NCBI GenBank assembly: GCA_030704615.1
Contig: CM060731.1
Span: forward strand, 13,888,001 to 13,952,000
Origin: Takakia lepidozioides
Lineage: Eukaryota; Plantae; Bryophyta
DNA: 64,000 bases
Direction of reading: 5' to 3'
Below are positions 41,401 through 53,309 of this stretch, in pieces. A model generated the notes under the pieces. The model ran no database searches. It saw nothing but the letters and a program-made list of their open reading frames with translations, and had not been told where the DNA came from. Positions within the stretch are counted from its first letter, which is position 1; each line of letters starts with the position of its first letter. The translations under genes were made by a program, and so were the position numbers.

Positions 41401-44400
41401 TATTGCTCTGAAGTCGGTTGTCACTTGCACTGTACCATAGGGGTGTGTGAGATTGGGAGCCAGAGGTCACTGTCTGTCTTGTGGAAGAATATGAAATGAA
41501 ATGAAATGAAATGGTACTTTATAACGTCCGCGGAAAGCTCAAAGGTCTTATGGGACAAAATGGAAAAAAACAAGAGAGAGGAGACAAAACCGGAGCCAAA
41601 AAGCAGCCCTAAAGCAACTACTGCTCAAGGGATTGCCTCTGTGATGATGGAATCTTACAGCCCAATTACCTGTCTGTGGCTCTAAGGGCATGGGGAAGGT
41701 TTAGGGTGGGCTCCCAGAGTCTGCGGATAGACTGGTAGATGGGACAACCTGCAGCATGATGACCGTCTATGCCCCCCTTGTGCTGGGGATGACAGGAGGG
41801 AAATTGATAATGAAGAATATTTCTTCTTTCACTGTCCTTTCTACTATTAGATCCAGGGAAGATACTCCGATTGCCAATCTGTCACAGAGGTTTTCAATTA
41901 CAAGGATCTGGAATGCTTGGCAGCATATCTGCACGAGGCATTGATTCTCAGGTGATCTTTTTATCAACAGTTGTTTTTAGGCTGCTGGCCCCACTGTATG
42001 AAGGGATTTCTAGAGGATATGTGGAAAACTCGGATTAATAGTCTGTTCCAAGGTAAGTCATACTACCAGCGGCAGCCCCCGACAAAGGTAGTTTCTGTCC
42101 CTTTGCGTTCCGCTCAAACTGAGTGCAGGGTCAATGGCCGCAAGGCTACGGCAAACATCTTATGAGTACATTCTCTTTCCTGTTTCATGCTCATGTCCCA
42201 TAAGCTCTTGGAGCTTTGCGTGGACGTTATAAAGCAGCATTTCATCATTTCTTTCTCTCTCAATGAGGAGTACATAGTTAGAGGCAAGATACTCAAAGAA
42301 ACTCTCATTCCCAAGAACAAAGCCATCTTCCATGAGTAGCCTTGAGACCTTTTCGGACCAGATGGCCTGGCAGCTTAACTCTATGAGGTCTAACTCTCGA
42401 GATTCATGGGAGATTACATTGTCTATTCTGAGACACACAATCTCTCACAGAGGTCTTCCATTACGAGGATCAGGAATGCTTAGTGGCATATCTGCATGAG
42501 GTATTGACTCTTAGACAATCCATTGACAATAATTGTTCCTGGGCTCCTTGTGGAGGGCCCCTCTGTCTTTGCTCTCTCTTGCTCCAGAAGCTCTTTGAGC
42601 TTCCACAAACGTATAATCCACTTCTCACTTGCTTGATATCTCTAAACAAAATCTTGTTCTTCCTCTTCCTCCCTCCTTTCTCACTCTACTAGCATTGAAT
42701 CCATGCATCGGTCAAAGGGAATTCCATGCGATCTGGAAGGCTAGAAGCAAACCCATGTCCATACAGATAGCCTCCTGCCATTGTTAGTGGATCCTATGCA
42801 TTGTTATGCTTGGTCCCCTCCCCTCCCCTTCTTTCCGACTCTGCTTGATTGCCTATTCAATGGTCAAAATACCACAGCAAGCGAAGTCTACTAAGTACAT
42901 TCTAGGCACTTTACCAGTGGCTGTGGGGTGTAAAGTGTGGAAAGATGGTGCATGCAGGTAGTGCTTGTAGTTTTGCTTCTGGTGATCTTCACATGCTCGG
43001 ATTGGTTGACGGATATAAAGAAAAGGCGCAAATCTACTACACGACAACTGGCTGCAAAAGAAGCATATGAGCGGGTTTCAATTGTCGCACAATGGCGAAA
43101 ATCTGCAAAGCGACGGGCAACAATGATAGGCAACAAACTCAGCCGTACCCTTACCCGCAAACAGACTACACGCAGCGTGCAAGAGTTGCAGGTAGGAGTG
43201 CAATCATCAGAATGAATAAAGAGACAGCTAGGAAAATGGACGCATTTTGTGGCAAATTAATACCAAATGTTCCAAAGAACATCTTTTAACAATGAATAAA
43301 TTACTGCATTTCTCTGGGAAGCTGGGGCAATCGTGCAGGGGTTAAAACCTCAGATAAAATGCATCTTCCAGTTGAAGAATTGATGATAGTTGTCACTACA
43401 AATGTTAAGGGTCTGTGCTTGGAGCACTCTGTTTACTTGGTGTCCTACATTATTCTTCACACTAGCCAGTCAATGATTCACGTGTCTTTGTCTTTTATGC
43501 AAAAAATGAGGAGATAGACTTTAAAGTCTGTTTGGTGGTCTGTTACAGATCCTCTCCCCCCCTGCTGCCAGTCCTGTATACACCGGAAGCACTTCACAGT
43601 TCAATGACACAGGGGTACCGCCTTCTGGTATAATTGGACGCTCTGGACTACTTAGTGAACCTATTGATGAGTATGCACCTGCCAATCCACCTCCACTCCC
43701 CCCAGTCCCACTAGTTGCCTGGTCAGGCGACCCAAATTCTGCACCAAACATAAATCCTTCAGATGTCCCTCCTAAAGCAAACATCCCTTTGGACAGTGCG
43801 AAAGACTCTAAGCGCCCACCTCCCAAAGTACTCTTTAAAAGGGACAGCCAGATTTTTGCTTATGCCTATGGCCAACTTGAGAAAGAGAGGGCCTTTGGAA
43901 TGAAAGGCCAGTCTCCCACTATGAAAGACATGGACTTCTTGGACCCCTTAGGGGGGATGGTGGTAGGGAATATGCGACCCCCAATTGAGTTAAGCTTTGT
44001 TGACCTCTCCCTCATACTAAAAGGAAGTGGGAAGAAAATCTTGTGCAATGTGACTGGAAAGTTGTCACCAGGGCGCATCACGGCAGTTATGGGCCCTTCC
44101 GGTGCTGGAAAGACCACATTTTTGAATGCCCTAGCAGGCAAGGCTACAAACAGTCACACCACCGGGCAGGTGTTTATCAATGGGAACCCTGAATCGATTC
44201 ACTCTTACAAGCGCATCATTGGATTTGTGCCTCAAGATGATGTTGTCCATGGCAATTTGACCGTAGAGGAAAACCTTTGGTTCAGTGCCAGCTACAGGTC
44301 ACCTGCTATCTCACACCCATAAGCTCTTTGGGCTCTCCATGGGGCATCATCCTTTCTTTCTTCGTATGACGCATGCAGGCAAGTAGGCTGTTTGGCTCCA

Positions 44401-47400
44401 AGTGCGATCTCTCCAGTAATTAGTGATTGTTTGCTGGACAGTAGTGGGTACACTATCACCATGGTCTCCAGGAGTAGACGTTGTCAGTACTGCAAAGGTC
44501 ACAAAGCTCTGGAAAGCAGGAAATGTCAAGGCATTTAGTCTGTCCCTGTAGGCCCCTTTGCCACTTCCTCCCCATATATATAAGGTTAACTTTGATAATC
44601 GTAGGTTACTAGCAACACAGAAAAGTTTGGAATGTTCTCTGCTTGTGGAACTCAATGTCAGCAAGCTTCACTGATTGAAGTTTATCAAGTACGTTTGTTT
44701 AGATGGGCTACCAAACAAGTCGCCCCAAATGTTTCAGGCTACCAGTGGACATGCCTAAGTATGAAAGGGTGCTGGTGGTGGAGCGAATTCTCGCAGCTTT
44801 GGGACTGGAATGTATCCGGGACTCTACTGTGGGAACAGTTGAGAACCGTGGAATCTCAGGAGGACAGCGCAAGAGAGTGAATGTGGGGTTGGAGATGGTG
44901 ATGGAACCCTCTCTTTTGATCCTGGATGAACCCACTTCAGGACTAGACAGTACTTCGTCACGCTTGGTGCTCCAAGCCTTACATCGGGAGACAATGGTGG
45001 GTGTTAATGTCGGTGTGGTGCTTCATCAACCTAGGTAAACGCCTGTGGCATGTCAAGCTTTTCTCCTTTGGGACTCCCACAGATGTACTAAATCTTGCCC
45101 ATAAGCTATTTGAGTTCCAATGGATGTTATAGAGGCTCGTTGAGCTTTACCCTGACATTATGAAGTTCCATTTCATTTCTCTTTGAGCTTTCCGTGGACA
45201 ATATAAAAAGTATCATTTCATTTCATTCTTTCTTTATGTCTCCCCTGGGCCTACTGTGCCTCTAACAAATTGTTCATACTCTTGTTCTGCTTCTTCTCTT
45301 CTTTTGTTTCTGCTCCCAAAGTTTTTCTCTATCTTTTTCTGCTTATGTTAAATCCTGTTTCTTTTGTTGTGGGTAGGAAAGCGAGGTTTTGCACACAAGG
45401 CTACTGAATGCAGTCTAAAGAAAGCATTCTATCGGTCTTCCTCCCCTTGTATGTCGCATCAGAAGGTCTTATTCGTAAATTCCTTGTATAATAGAAACTC
45501 TAGCAAGCTCATGTTCAGTCTATATCTTCACCTTGCATGTGCAGTTATGGACTTTTTCAAATGTTCGATGACGTAATGTTTCTGGCTAAAGGAGGGCGTA
45601 CAGTTTACTTGGGACCAGTGAGTGAAGTGGAGGCTTACTTCTCAGGGCTGGGCTTGGTGGTACCAGAGCGGATCAACCCCCCAGATCACTACATGGATGC
45701 ATTGGAAGGAATTGTTCAACCAGAAAACTCCCCCGACTTTGATGCCAGCACTCTACCTATCCTCTGGATGAGGCACAAGGGATATAACATTCCCACAGAT
45801 ACTGCTGCGGAGATACATGCACCAATTGGACGTGAGAGAAAGGGCCTCATAACAGAGTCATCAATGCTGGCTGCAAGCTTTGCACAAGAAGTGTGGGTGG
45901 AAACCAAAACTTTCTTGGTAGTGAGATGGGATGGGCTGAAATCCACGTTCAGAAAGGTGAACGATCTGTCCGGCCGTCAGACACCTGGTTTTTCTCAACA
46001 ATTCGAGATTATTATTCACAGGTCAGAGTCGTGGCCCATCCTTTGTACTGCATATGTATCTATCATTCAAGCAAAGCTGCATTAAACATCATGCTTTCTC
46101 ATATTTTGTAGATGCCTGCCCTGTAGACGACACTCAAACTCTGTAACTGAACTGTTGCAGCTGTTCGCAAGCACTATGGCAATTTTGGGATGGTTGCATA
46201 CAATGGTGGGTTAATAATCCACACAAAGCTTAGCATATCTCAGAACTCGAGAACTGACTCTTGAGGACTGGTGGGGGTTGCTGGATATCAGATTAGCACA
46301 GCAGCGGTTCCGGGATGCCAGAGTTCAGATCCAGGACTACCTTATCCTGCTCATAGCAGGGGCATGCTTGGGCTTTCTTTCAAACATGAGAGACACCAGC
46401 CTAGGATCCCAGGGCTATAGCTATACCATCATCGCCATAGGTTCACTTCTTCCTATTCTCCTTGCATTGTACTGGCTCTCTCCTATCCTCCCTTCCTTCC
46501 TTACTCACACCAAAGAATTTACTTCTACAAAGAACCTTCTTTATCCTTAGAGACAATCATGAAAATGGGATGGTACATCTGCGACAATTTGCACTACAGG
46601 CAAAGTGGAGACAGAGCATCGTTTCTTCTTCTTGGGCCCTGCATACTAGAAGATCCTGGGCAGATATGTTGTTTTAAATATTCTCCATCCCTGGCAAAGG
46701 CCTCACTATGAGGACCTACCTACATGAGAACAGCGCATTCATGCAACTCTAGAACTCTTTGAGTAGTTCTGTGGTCTCAGTCATTCAGCTGTCTAATTTC
46801 TCTATGGTTCTTTGTTGCCTGGTCCCTCCTGCTGACGTAGTAAATGTATAGCAGAAAGAACCTGGTTGAGGGCTTTGCGCCAGACAAGCAACAAGGGCAG
46901 GAGCCCAAGTGCTTTGGTGCAGAGCACGAGGGCAGGTGCTTTCTGCTGCCTTGAAGGCTGACTCTGATTTTTAGCCCTACATCTTGATTTTATCACACGG
47001 TTATAATCCCCTTCGATCGTGGGCACTGGGGATATAGGGTGGAATGAGCTATTCCACCCTCTGACACATGGTTGAACCAGATGTTTCACCCCCTGATCCA
47101 CTTGACATGGGATTCCGCCTTTGAAAAGTCCCCTCGAACTACACTAAGAAAATCAGAGGAGGTCTTTACGATTTTGTATTTGAACATAATTTGACTTTCC
47201 CCTTATGGTTTGTTGTTCTTCTACTTTGTGCCAACTTTGAGGTTCCTTCTTCATTGCTTACCCTATTAGTATGCCTTCATTATGTGTAAGAGCCAAATTG
47301 AGACTCTTCTATGTCTTTGGGTGGTATTCTCAAAAGCTCTCTCAATGCTGGCTGTGTAAGCCAGGGCTGTTTGTGAGAATTTTTGTAGTTTCTGAGGACT

Positions 47401-49234
47401 TTGGACCTCCCTGGCATGAATGTTCAGGATCAGAATGTGATATGGACTTCGTCATGTATGCCCATGTTTGGGAGATGATTGGAATGTATCAGCTATTGTA
47501 TAAAGTGGTCTATAGACGTCTATACGAGATGATAGTCAGTTTAGACTTGAATAGCTCACCATTTGGTATCTTCTCCCTTGGCTTTTTTTCCAAGTTTTTC
47601 TGTCGTTTGCTTTACTTTTTACTTTTTTCCAGAGCTTCACACCTTGAGAGTGCTCTTGTTGCTCAATGGGGAAAGAAAGCAGAAATAGGTGGAAGGAAGC
47701 ACGTCACTTCACATATCTTCTTTTATCTAGCTAAAATTGATTGATCGAAGTCCTTTCTACAGCTCTGCTACCAATGATAGCTGCCCTGAGGAGCTTCACA
47801 GCAGACAAGCTGCAATTCTGGCGGGAGAGTGCTTCAGGAATCAACCGTCTTGCATTCTTTATCGCTAAGGACATCATTGACATTTTTGACGTTCTTATCA
47901 AACCTCTATTTTATCTCTCCATGTTCTACTTCTTCAGTAATCCCCGCTCCTCATTCGGTGAACACTATGTCATCACACTTGTGCTGGTGTACTGCGTGAC
48001 TGGGATATCATATATTGCTGCCATCCTTCTGGAGCCGGCACCTGCCCAACTGGTCCGTTCTCCTTTTTCATCTCTCCCTCTTAGTAAACTTCTTTCCTTT
48101 CTTTCTTTGCTGTTGTCAAGAATGCTATTTGGGCTTCCTGTTGACGTTCTAAATCTATTTGTTTCTTTATTTCTCTCACTTGTCCGCTTGTCCAAGCTGG
48201 GGGTGGGATCTGGCAACAAGGCTGTGACAGGCACAGTGTCGTCAGTATGTTCTCTGTTTGTAGCACTAGTGGAATGTAGCCAATGAGAAATCAAATTTGA
48301 GTTCTGCATATAGCTGGAGAGGTTCATATGCAAACTAGAACAACACCTGCAAGAAAATCAATCCCTTTTCTATTGCATCCCAATAGACAATGGAGTCCAT
48401 GTCCAAACCATTGCAGCAAGAACTACTAGCAGTTTACCTGCATGAGGCATTCCACCTTTATGCCACACTTCAGAAGTTCTTTGAATTCTGTAATTCTTTC
48501 TTGTTCTACTTGGGTCCCTTGTGCCCTTTAGCGTCTTTTTATTTATTTCTTGCTCCGGTGTTTATGGCAATAAGCACAGTGTTTCCACTCCACTCCTCTT
48601 CCTCCCCACTGAAAGATTTGTAATATGCAGCCTTTATAGCCATTATGAAGTTTCTTTCCTTTTTGTTTTCTGAAATCCTTTCAAAGCAAATGTCATCGAT
48701 GTTTCTCACGTGCTACTGTATGGTGTGTCGAGCCAAACTTGTGTGTACCCATGAGATGATGCAGTGGGCAGTGTTTTTACCCATAATAGCCACGCTTCTT
48801 TCAACATCAAGGAAAAATGGTTTTTGGAAGTACTTTTCGGCTGTAAGCTATGCGCGCTATGCACTTGAGGCATATGTCATTGCTAATGCAGAAAGGTCGG
48901 ATCATATTTCCCTTGGTATTTAGTGTTTGTTTGTGAATATTTACTTTCAAGGATTGTATGCACTACATACATTGTGTGTATATGAGGCAAGGGCAATACA
49001 TAAATTTATCATTGCCTGTTTTATAGCAAAATTTGACATTTCGTCTACTGTTGCATTTGTGGGAGCAGGTACAAAGGGGTGTGGATTATCTCACGGTGCG
49101 GTCTTCTTTCGATCCAGGGCTATCGTCTACATGACTGGGGACGTTGCCTAGTCATCCTTCTCGTTTATGGTGTTGTTACACGAGTGCTGGCTTTACTCTG
49201 TCTATTTGTTAGTCACAGAAGCCGCCAACAGTAA
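35454..49234 (+). CDS. ABCG half-transporter (ABCG24/ABCG28/NAP12 type), tandem copy 2, ~1149 aa
   Basis: 15 exons: 35454-35755, 36500-36573, 36704-36958, 37085-37148, 37783-37929, 41009-41043, 41187-41266, 42958-43191, 43549-44297, 44738-45034, 45545-46021, 46292-46440, 47763-48052, 48765-48895, 49069-49234; sum 3450 nt. Same intron positions and phases as copy 1, and all ABC motifs intact. Confidence 0.93.
37250..37425 (+). mobile_element. RTEX-like LINE 3' fragment
   Basis: Family tail ending in (CATTT)n. Confidence 0.8.
38450..39080 (+). mobile_element. Probable degenerate L1-like LINE ORF2 C-terminal fragment
   Basis: Frameshifted Trp-rich peptide KKWHMAWS...KLNVLLRF resembling the post-RT region of L1 elements; weak. 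Confidence 0.35.
40050..40590 (+). mobile_element. 3' end of second LINE family (zinc knuckle) followed by an RTEX-like tail
   Basis: ORF 40053-40538 has [10 protein letters not shown]...[17 protein letters not shown]; 3' end shared with the 28145 and 41995 copies. Confidence 0.75.
41490..42620. mobile_element. Cluster of LINE 3' fragments (both families, both orientations) in ABCG copy 2 intron 7
   Basis: Antisense tail 41490-41640 starting with (GAAAT)n; sense fragments at 41640-41990, 41995-42245 and 42435-42620. Confidence 0.75.
45095..45230 (+). repeat. Three consecutive RTEX-like terminal tails
   Basis: Repeated gagctt(t)cc...gaca(t/a)tat...catttcatttc units. Confidence 0.7.
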
Positions 49235-50499
49235 AAGTGAGTAGCCAAAACCCCAGCAGTAATGTTCATGATGTAACATTCATGAGATTCCCAGCGCTCG
49301 AAGCAAGTCTGGTCCTGTGATAGAATTGTACAATCAACAAGCCATGAAGCTCAATGAGAGTCTTGGTTCATGGCTTATGTTGGAGGCTATGCTCATTATC
49401 TAACCCACCCATGGGGATTTGCCAAGGCAAAGTTAGCACTAGCACCTCCAGGCTGCTGAGTCTTAAAGGCTTAATTGGGAACAAAGGCTTGGGTCAAACT
49501 GTACGTATCGTTTGTAAGTTCACCTCCGGGCAGGGAGCAGTACCTCCAACAGGTCAACAAAGTATGAAGTACCTCTAAATAGCACTGGTCTTGCATATTT
49601 TGATCCTGGGGCATGTCCTTTGTCTTTCGTCTTTTGTCCTGGGGCATGCCCTTCTAAGTCATGCCTGGGTGCGACTTATTTTTAATTAACTTTAGACAAG
49701 CTGTTTTCAGTAGTAGACTCTCAGATTCAACCCATAAAAGAGAAACATTTCAGTTACGATGTTTCAGTTAACATCCTAGTTACAGATGAGAGATTATTTT
49801 GGGAGTAGACTCTCAGATTCGCAATGAGACAACGCTTTCCATTAACCATGGATGTTTCTCTCAGCGACTGTGAGGTCTACGCCTTTTCTCCAGTCACGGG
49901 AAGATGGTGAAGGCCATGTATCACCTGGATCAACTGCTTCCAACTTCAATTGTTTAGAAGCAGGGTTTCAGATCTTCAATTTCATAGCAAACACACAGCC
50001 CACTACCTGATCATCCCGCCCAACCATGTACAAAGGACACTGCCAGATCAAGGCTCAGAAGGATGTTCTATTGCAAGAAAATAATGTTAGTGGGGACGTA
50101 TCCATCAAATTGCGAGTGACAGTTCCAAACAGTGGTGTGGCAGGAAGACGGGAGTTTGACCATTTCGTAAAACGTAGTGGTTCTTATTGAGAACAGAAAG
50201 TGAGGGATGTGTTCTTACACCCATTCATGGGTGCCTTCACCATGACATTCAAAGATCCTATGAGCCTGGCCAAGTTACAGAAGACCACCACTGCTCAACT
50301 CTAGAAGTTTCAGAACACAGATGATACACCTCCTATGCAAGAGAAGACTGCAAGCTTTACCCAAATGGTGTCCTTGTTGAGTATTTCCTGTGTTGGCTTC
50401 AAGTGGGTCTGTGGAGGGACCATCAATTTCAGTCCAACCTGGTGGACTGGGTGACACTTGCTGTATGATTGTAATACATTTTGCAGGTGCCTTCTAAAC

Positions 50500-52000
50500 C
50501 CCTTACATTGTTGCCATGATTGTTTAAGGCTTTTTTTTCTTAAGCAACCAGCCTGACTAATCTCTAAATCGAGTGCTGTATGTGGATATATCAGGCATTC
50601 AATTATTTACCAGACAGTCTAAAATGTAATAAATTTTCCATTTCAAACCCCAAGTGTGGGACCAATTTATGCAAGGTAGAGATCATATTCAAATATTTGT
50701 TGTCCCAAATTTCCCTTGTGTGTGATTCACATGCAGGGGATGTGTACAATTACACTAAGCCTATCTCAATAAACTAACACAACTTCCAAAGGTAACAACT
50801 GGTGCTGCATGTTGAATTCAATCCCATGTACCCTGAATTGTTCTGCAACCTCCTCAAAACATGGACTATGTTCAAGCTTTCCATGTGCCATCGTGGTGTC
50901 TACCTGTTCTCCGTAGATGAGGAGGATTTCCTTAATGTATGCTGGGCAACCCACCAGTTATATTCTTGTTCTGAATTTGTGAATGGAAGACACACATTAG
51001 GCCACCCTAACTTAGATGAGAATAATAAGACATAAATACACACCTGATAGAATGCCCACTCTTGGACTGAGCAGTCCTAGCAGTTACTGGCTCAATAACA
51101 CTTTCCTCAAATGGATGGTTCAGGAAAGCTGAAGCACAGCTCAGCAGCAGCAGTCTAATCCACCTCCTTATCAAGATGACCAGTCACCCTGATCCCTTTC
51201 AAGCGCAGATTAGGTATCCCAGCACCGCCCACCTGAACATTCTTGACTGGCGTGAGGGCCATCTTACAGTATTTCTGCCCTGGATTATAGTCTTTGAACA
51301 TTTCAGCTCAGCATCCAATTTTTCACCCTCACGGAAGCTCGGCAAATGATACAGGCGGCTCAAACCCCTCTTGATAAATATACATTGAACTTGTATGTCA
51401 AATTCACTTCCAAGAGAATCCGTAACAAATACATTCCACCGTGGAAGAGGCCGTTGGAGAGTACCCACCATGAGAAAGTAGTCCTATCTGGTCAATGGGG
51501 CACTAATGAGCTCCAGCCATCAGCTTTCTCATTCTTCCTTTTCTAAAATTCACTGAAGCATCCTCAACTAAATTCATAGAAGCAAATCTCCAGTATTTTT
51601 ACAAGGATCTCTACAAACCAGTCTTTTGAACAGCACCCATCAGAAAATCACAATCAATCGAGTCAAATGCTTTAACAAAATCAAGCATCGGAAAGGCCAA
51701 AGCTTGGTTATCGCTTTCTGCAGAGAACAAAGCCTCATTCGCAAACAAGATATTGTCAAGAATCATTCGAAACCAGATTGCTCAGCAAGGATGATTATAG
51801 AAGGGGTTGAAGAGGTAGGGCCACACCATCCAACTCCTCCATTCCTTGCATCTTATAGTATCACTTATAGCTCTCATCCTCAATAACGCAAAATTGGAAG
51901 TGGTGTGGGCTAGTCGCATTATAGGTAGGTCCAGTTTCAAAGAGCCAATCCTGAAAGGGGCCAATATGATGTCAACTTCGGTCCCATACATGGCGCTCCA
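50500..52000 (-). mobile_element. Degenerate L1-like LINE fragment
   Basis: Minus-strand peptide RMILDNILFANEAL...LDFVKAFDSIDCDFL at ~51640-51775 is a typical non-LTR RT motif; many stops; boundaries approximate. Confidence 0.6.
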
Positions 52001-52456
52001 CAGGCACTCGATGCCGGAAGGTTTTAGCGGAAGGGCTGACTGTCAGGATGCCCTGATATTCACACTTGGGAGACGTGGTCAAAATACAAAGAGCGACATA
52101 GCAAAGGGCGTTACGCTCTAGAATAGTCTCACTTTTTCTTTTTTCTTTTTTCTTTTTTAAATTTTAGTCTTTTAAAAAGAATGGAAAGTCTTACTAGAAT
52201 AGCTAAAGTTTCTTTCAGGGTTTTTTTTACTAAAGTATAGCATTAGCTAATAGGTAGAGACTACTTAACGAGCTCCAAGGATGGACAAACTATCATTCTT
52301 TGTGGAATCCTCCATGGTTGGGAGGAGAGTTCCTTTGTAAGAACTAAGAACATACTTGTTAAATTCTGTACCTTCCCGTCTTTCAGTTATATAGTTCCAT
52401 TCCTTTACAACATTGGAAGCCAGTTTTGCCCTCTCCCACAAACGAGCTTGAAGTAC

Positions 52457-53309
52457 ATGGAGCCAATATGGTCCAACTACAAAGCGCTGCGTCAGGATAC
52501 ATTTCCGGAGCCAAATTCCAGTCCGCTGTGGGATCAAGATCCATCTTCGGAGTCGGACTTCAGTGCGCTGTGGGAGCAGGATCCATCTTTGGAGGCAGAC
52601 TCCTATGCGCAGTGGGACCAGGAACCAGCTCTAGATTGGCTTGAGACTGTAGACTCTCATGTCTTCAAGGCTGACCTGCCTGGTAAGTCATTAAACTCTC
52701 TATCTATGAATTCTGTGTTTTCCTTAAGATACTAGTATGTCGGGTCACTCAGAGGAGAAAGGTTGCCCTTTTCCTAGATGTCTAAACTATGCTATGGAAA
52801 CTCATACTTGTCTTGCGATTCTACATGTACATCGAAAGAAAAGATGTAAATTCATCTTCGCATTACTATTTTGGATCCTGCGAACAGTACTGAAGAGGTC
52901 GGGCTACTTGTACGCAGGTCTAAAGAAAGAGGAAGTGAAGGTAGTGGTGGAAGATGGACACACGCTTCAGATAAGTGGCGAACACAGGAACGAAGACGTG
53001 ATTAAGTACACTGATACATGGCACTGTGTGGAGCGCAACCAATGCAAGTCCCTGAGGCGCTTGCGCTTGCCTCACAATGCCAACGTAGACGAAGTGACTG
53101 CCGAGGTCGACAATGGCGTTGTTACTGTCACAATCCCTAAGACTCGGAGGCAGGAACAACAACAACATCAGGCTCAGACACGCTCTATCGACGTCAAATC
53201 CTCGGGGGTATCCTTGGGCAAATCCTCGGGCTGGAACTCCTACATATTATTTTCACTCTTCCTAATGTGTCTTAATGTGGTTCTTTTGATGAACCACTTC
53301 ATCATATGA
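52457..53309 (+). CDS. Small heat-shock / alpha-crystallin-domain protein (class I-like), 205 aa, 2 exons
   Basis: Exons 52457-52682 and 52918-53309 splice to [17 protein letters not shown]|[21 protein letters not shown]...DTWHCVER...RLPHNA...[11 protein letters not shown]; 618 nt open frame. Confidence 0.85.
52505..52630 (+). repeat. 3 x 42-bp coding tandem repeat in the sHSP N-terminus
   Basis: [14 protein letters not shown] / [14 protein letters not shown] / [14 protein letters not shown]. Confidence 0.85.
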
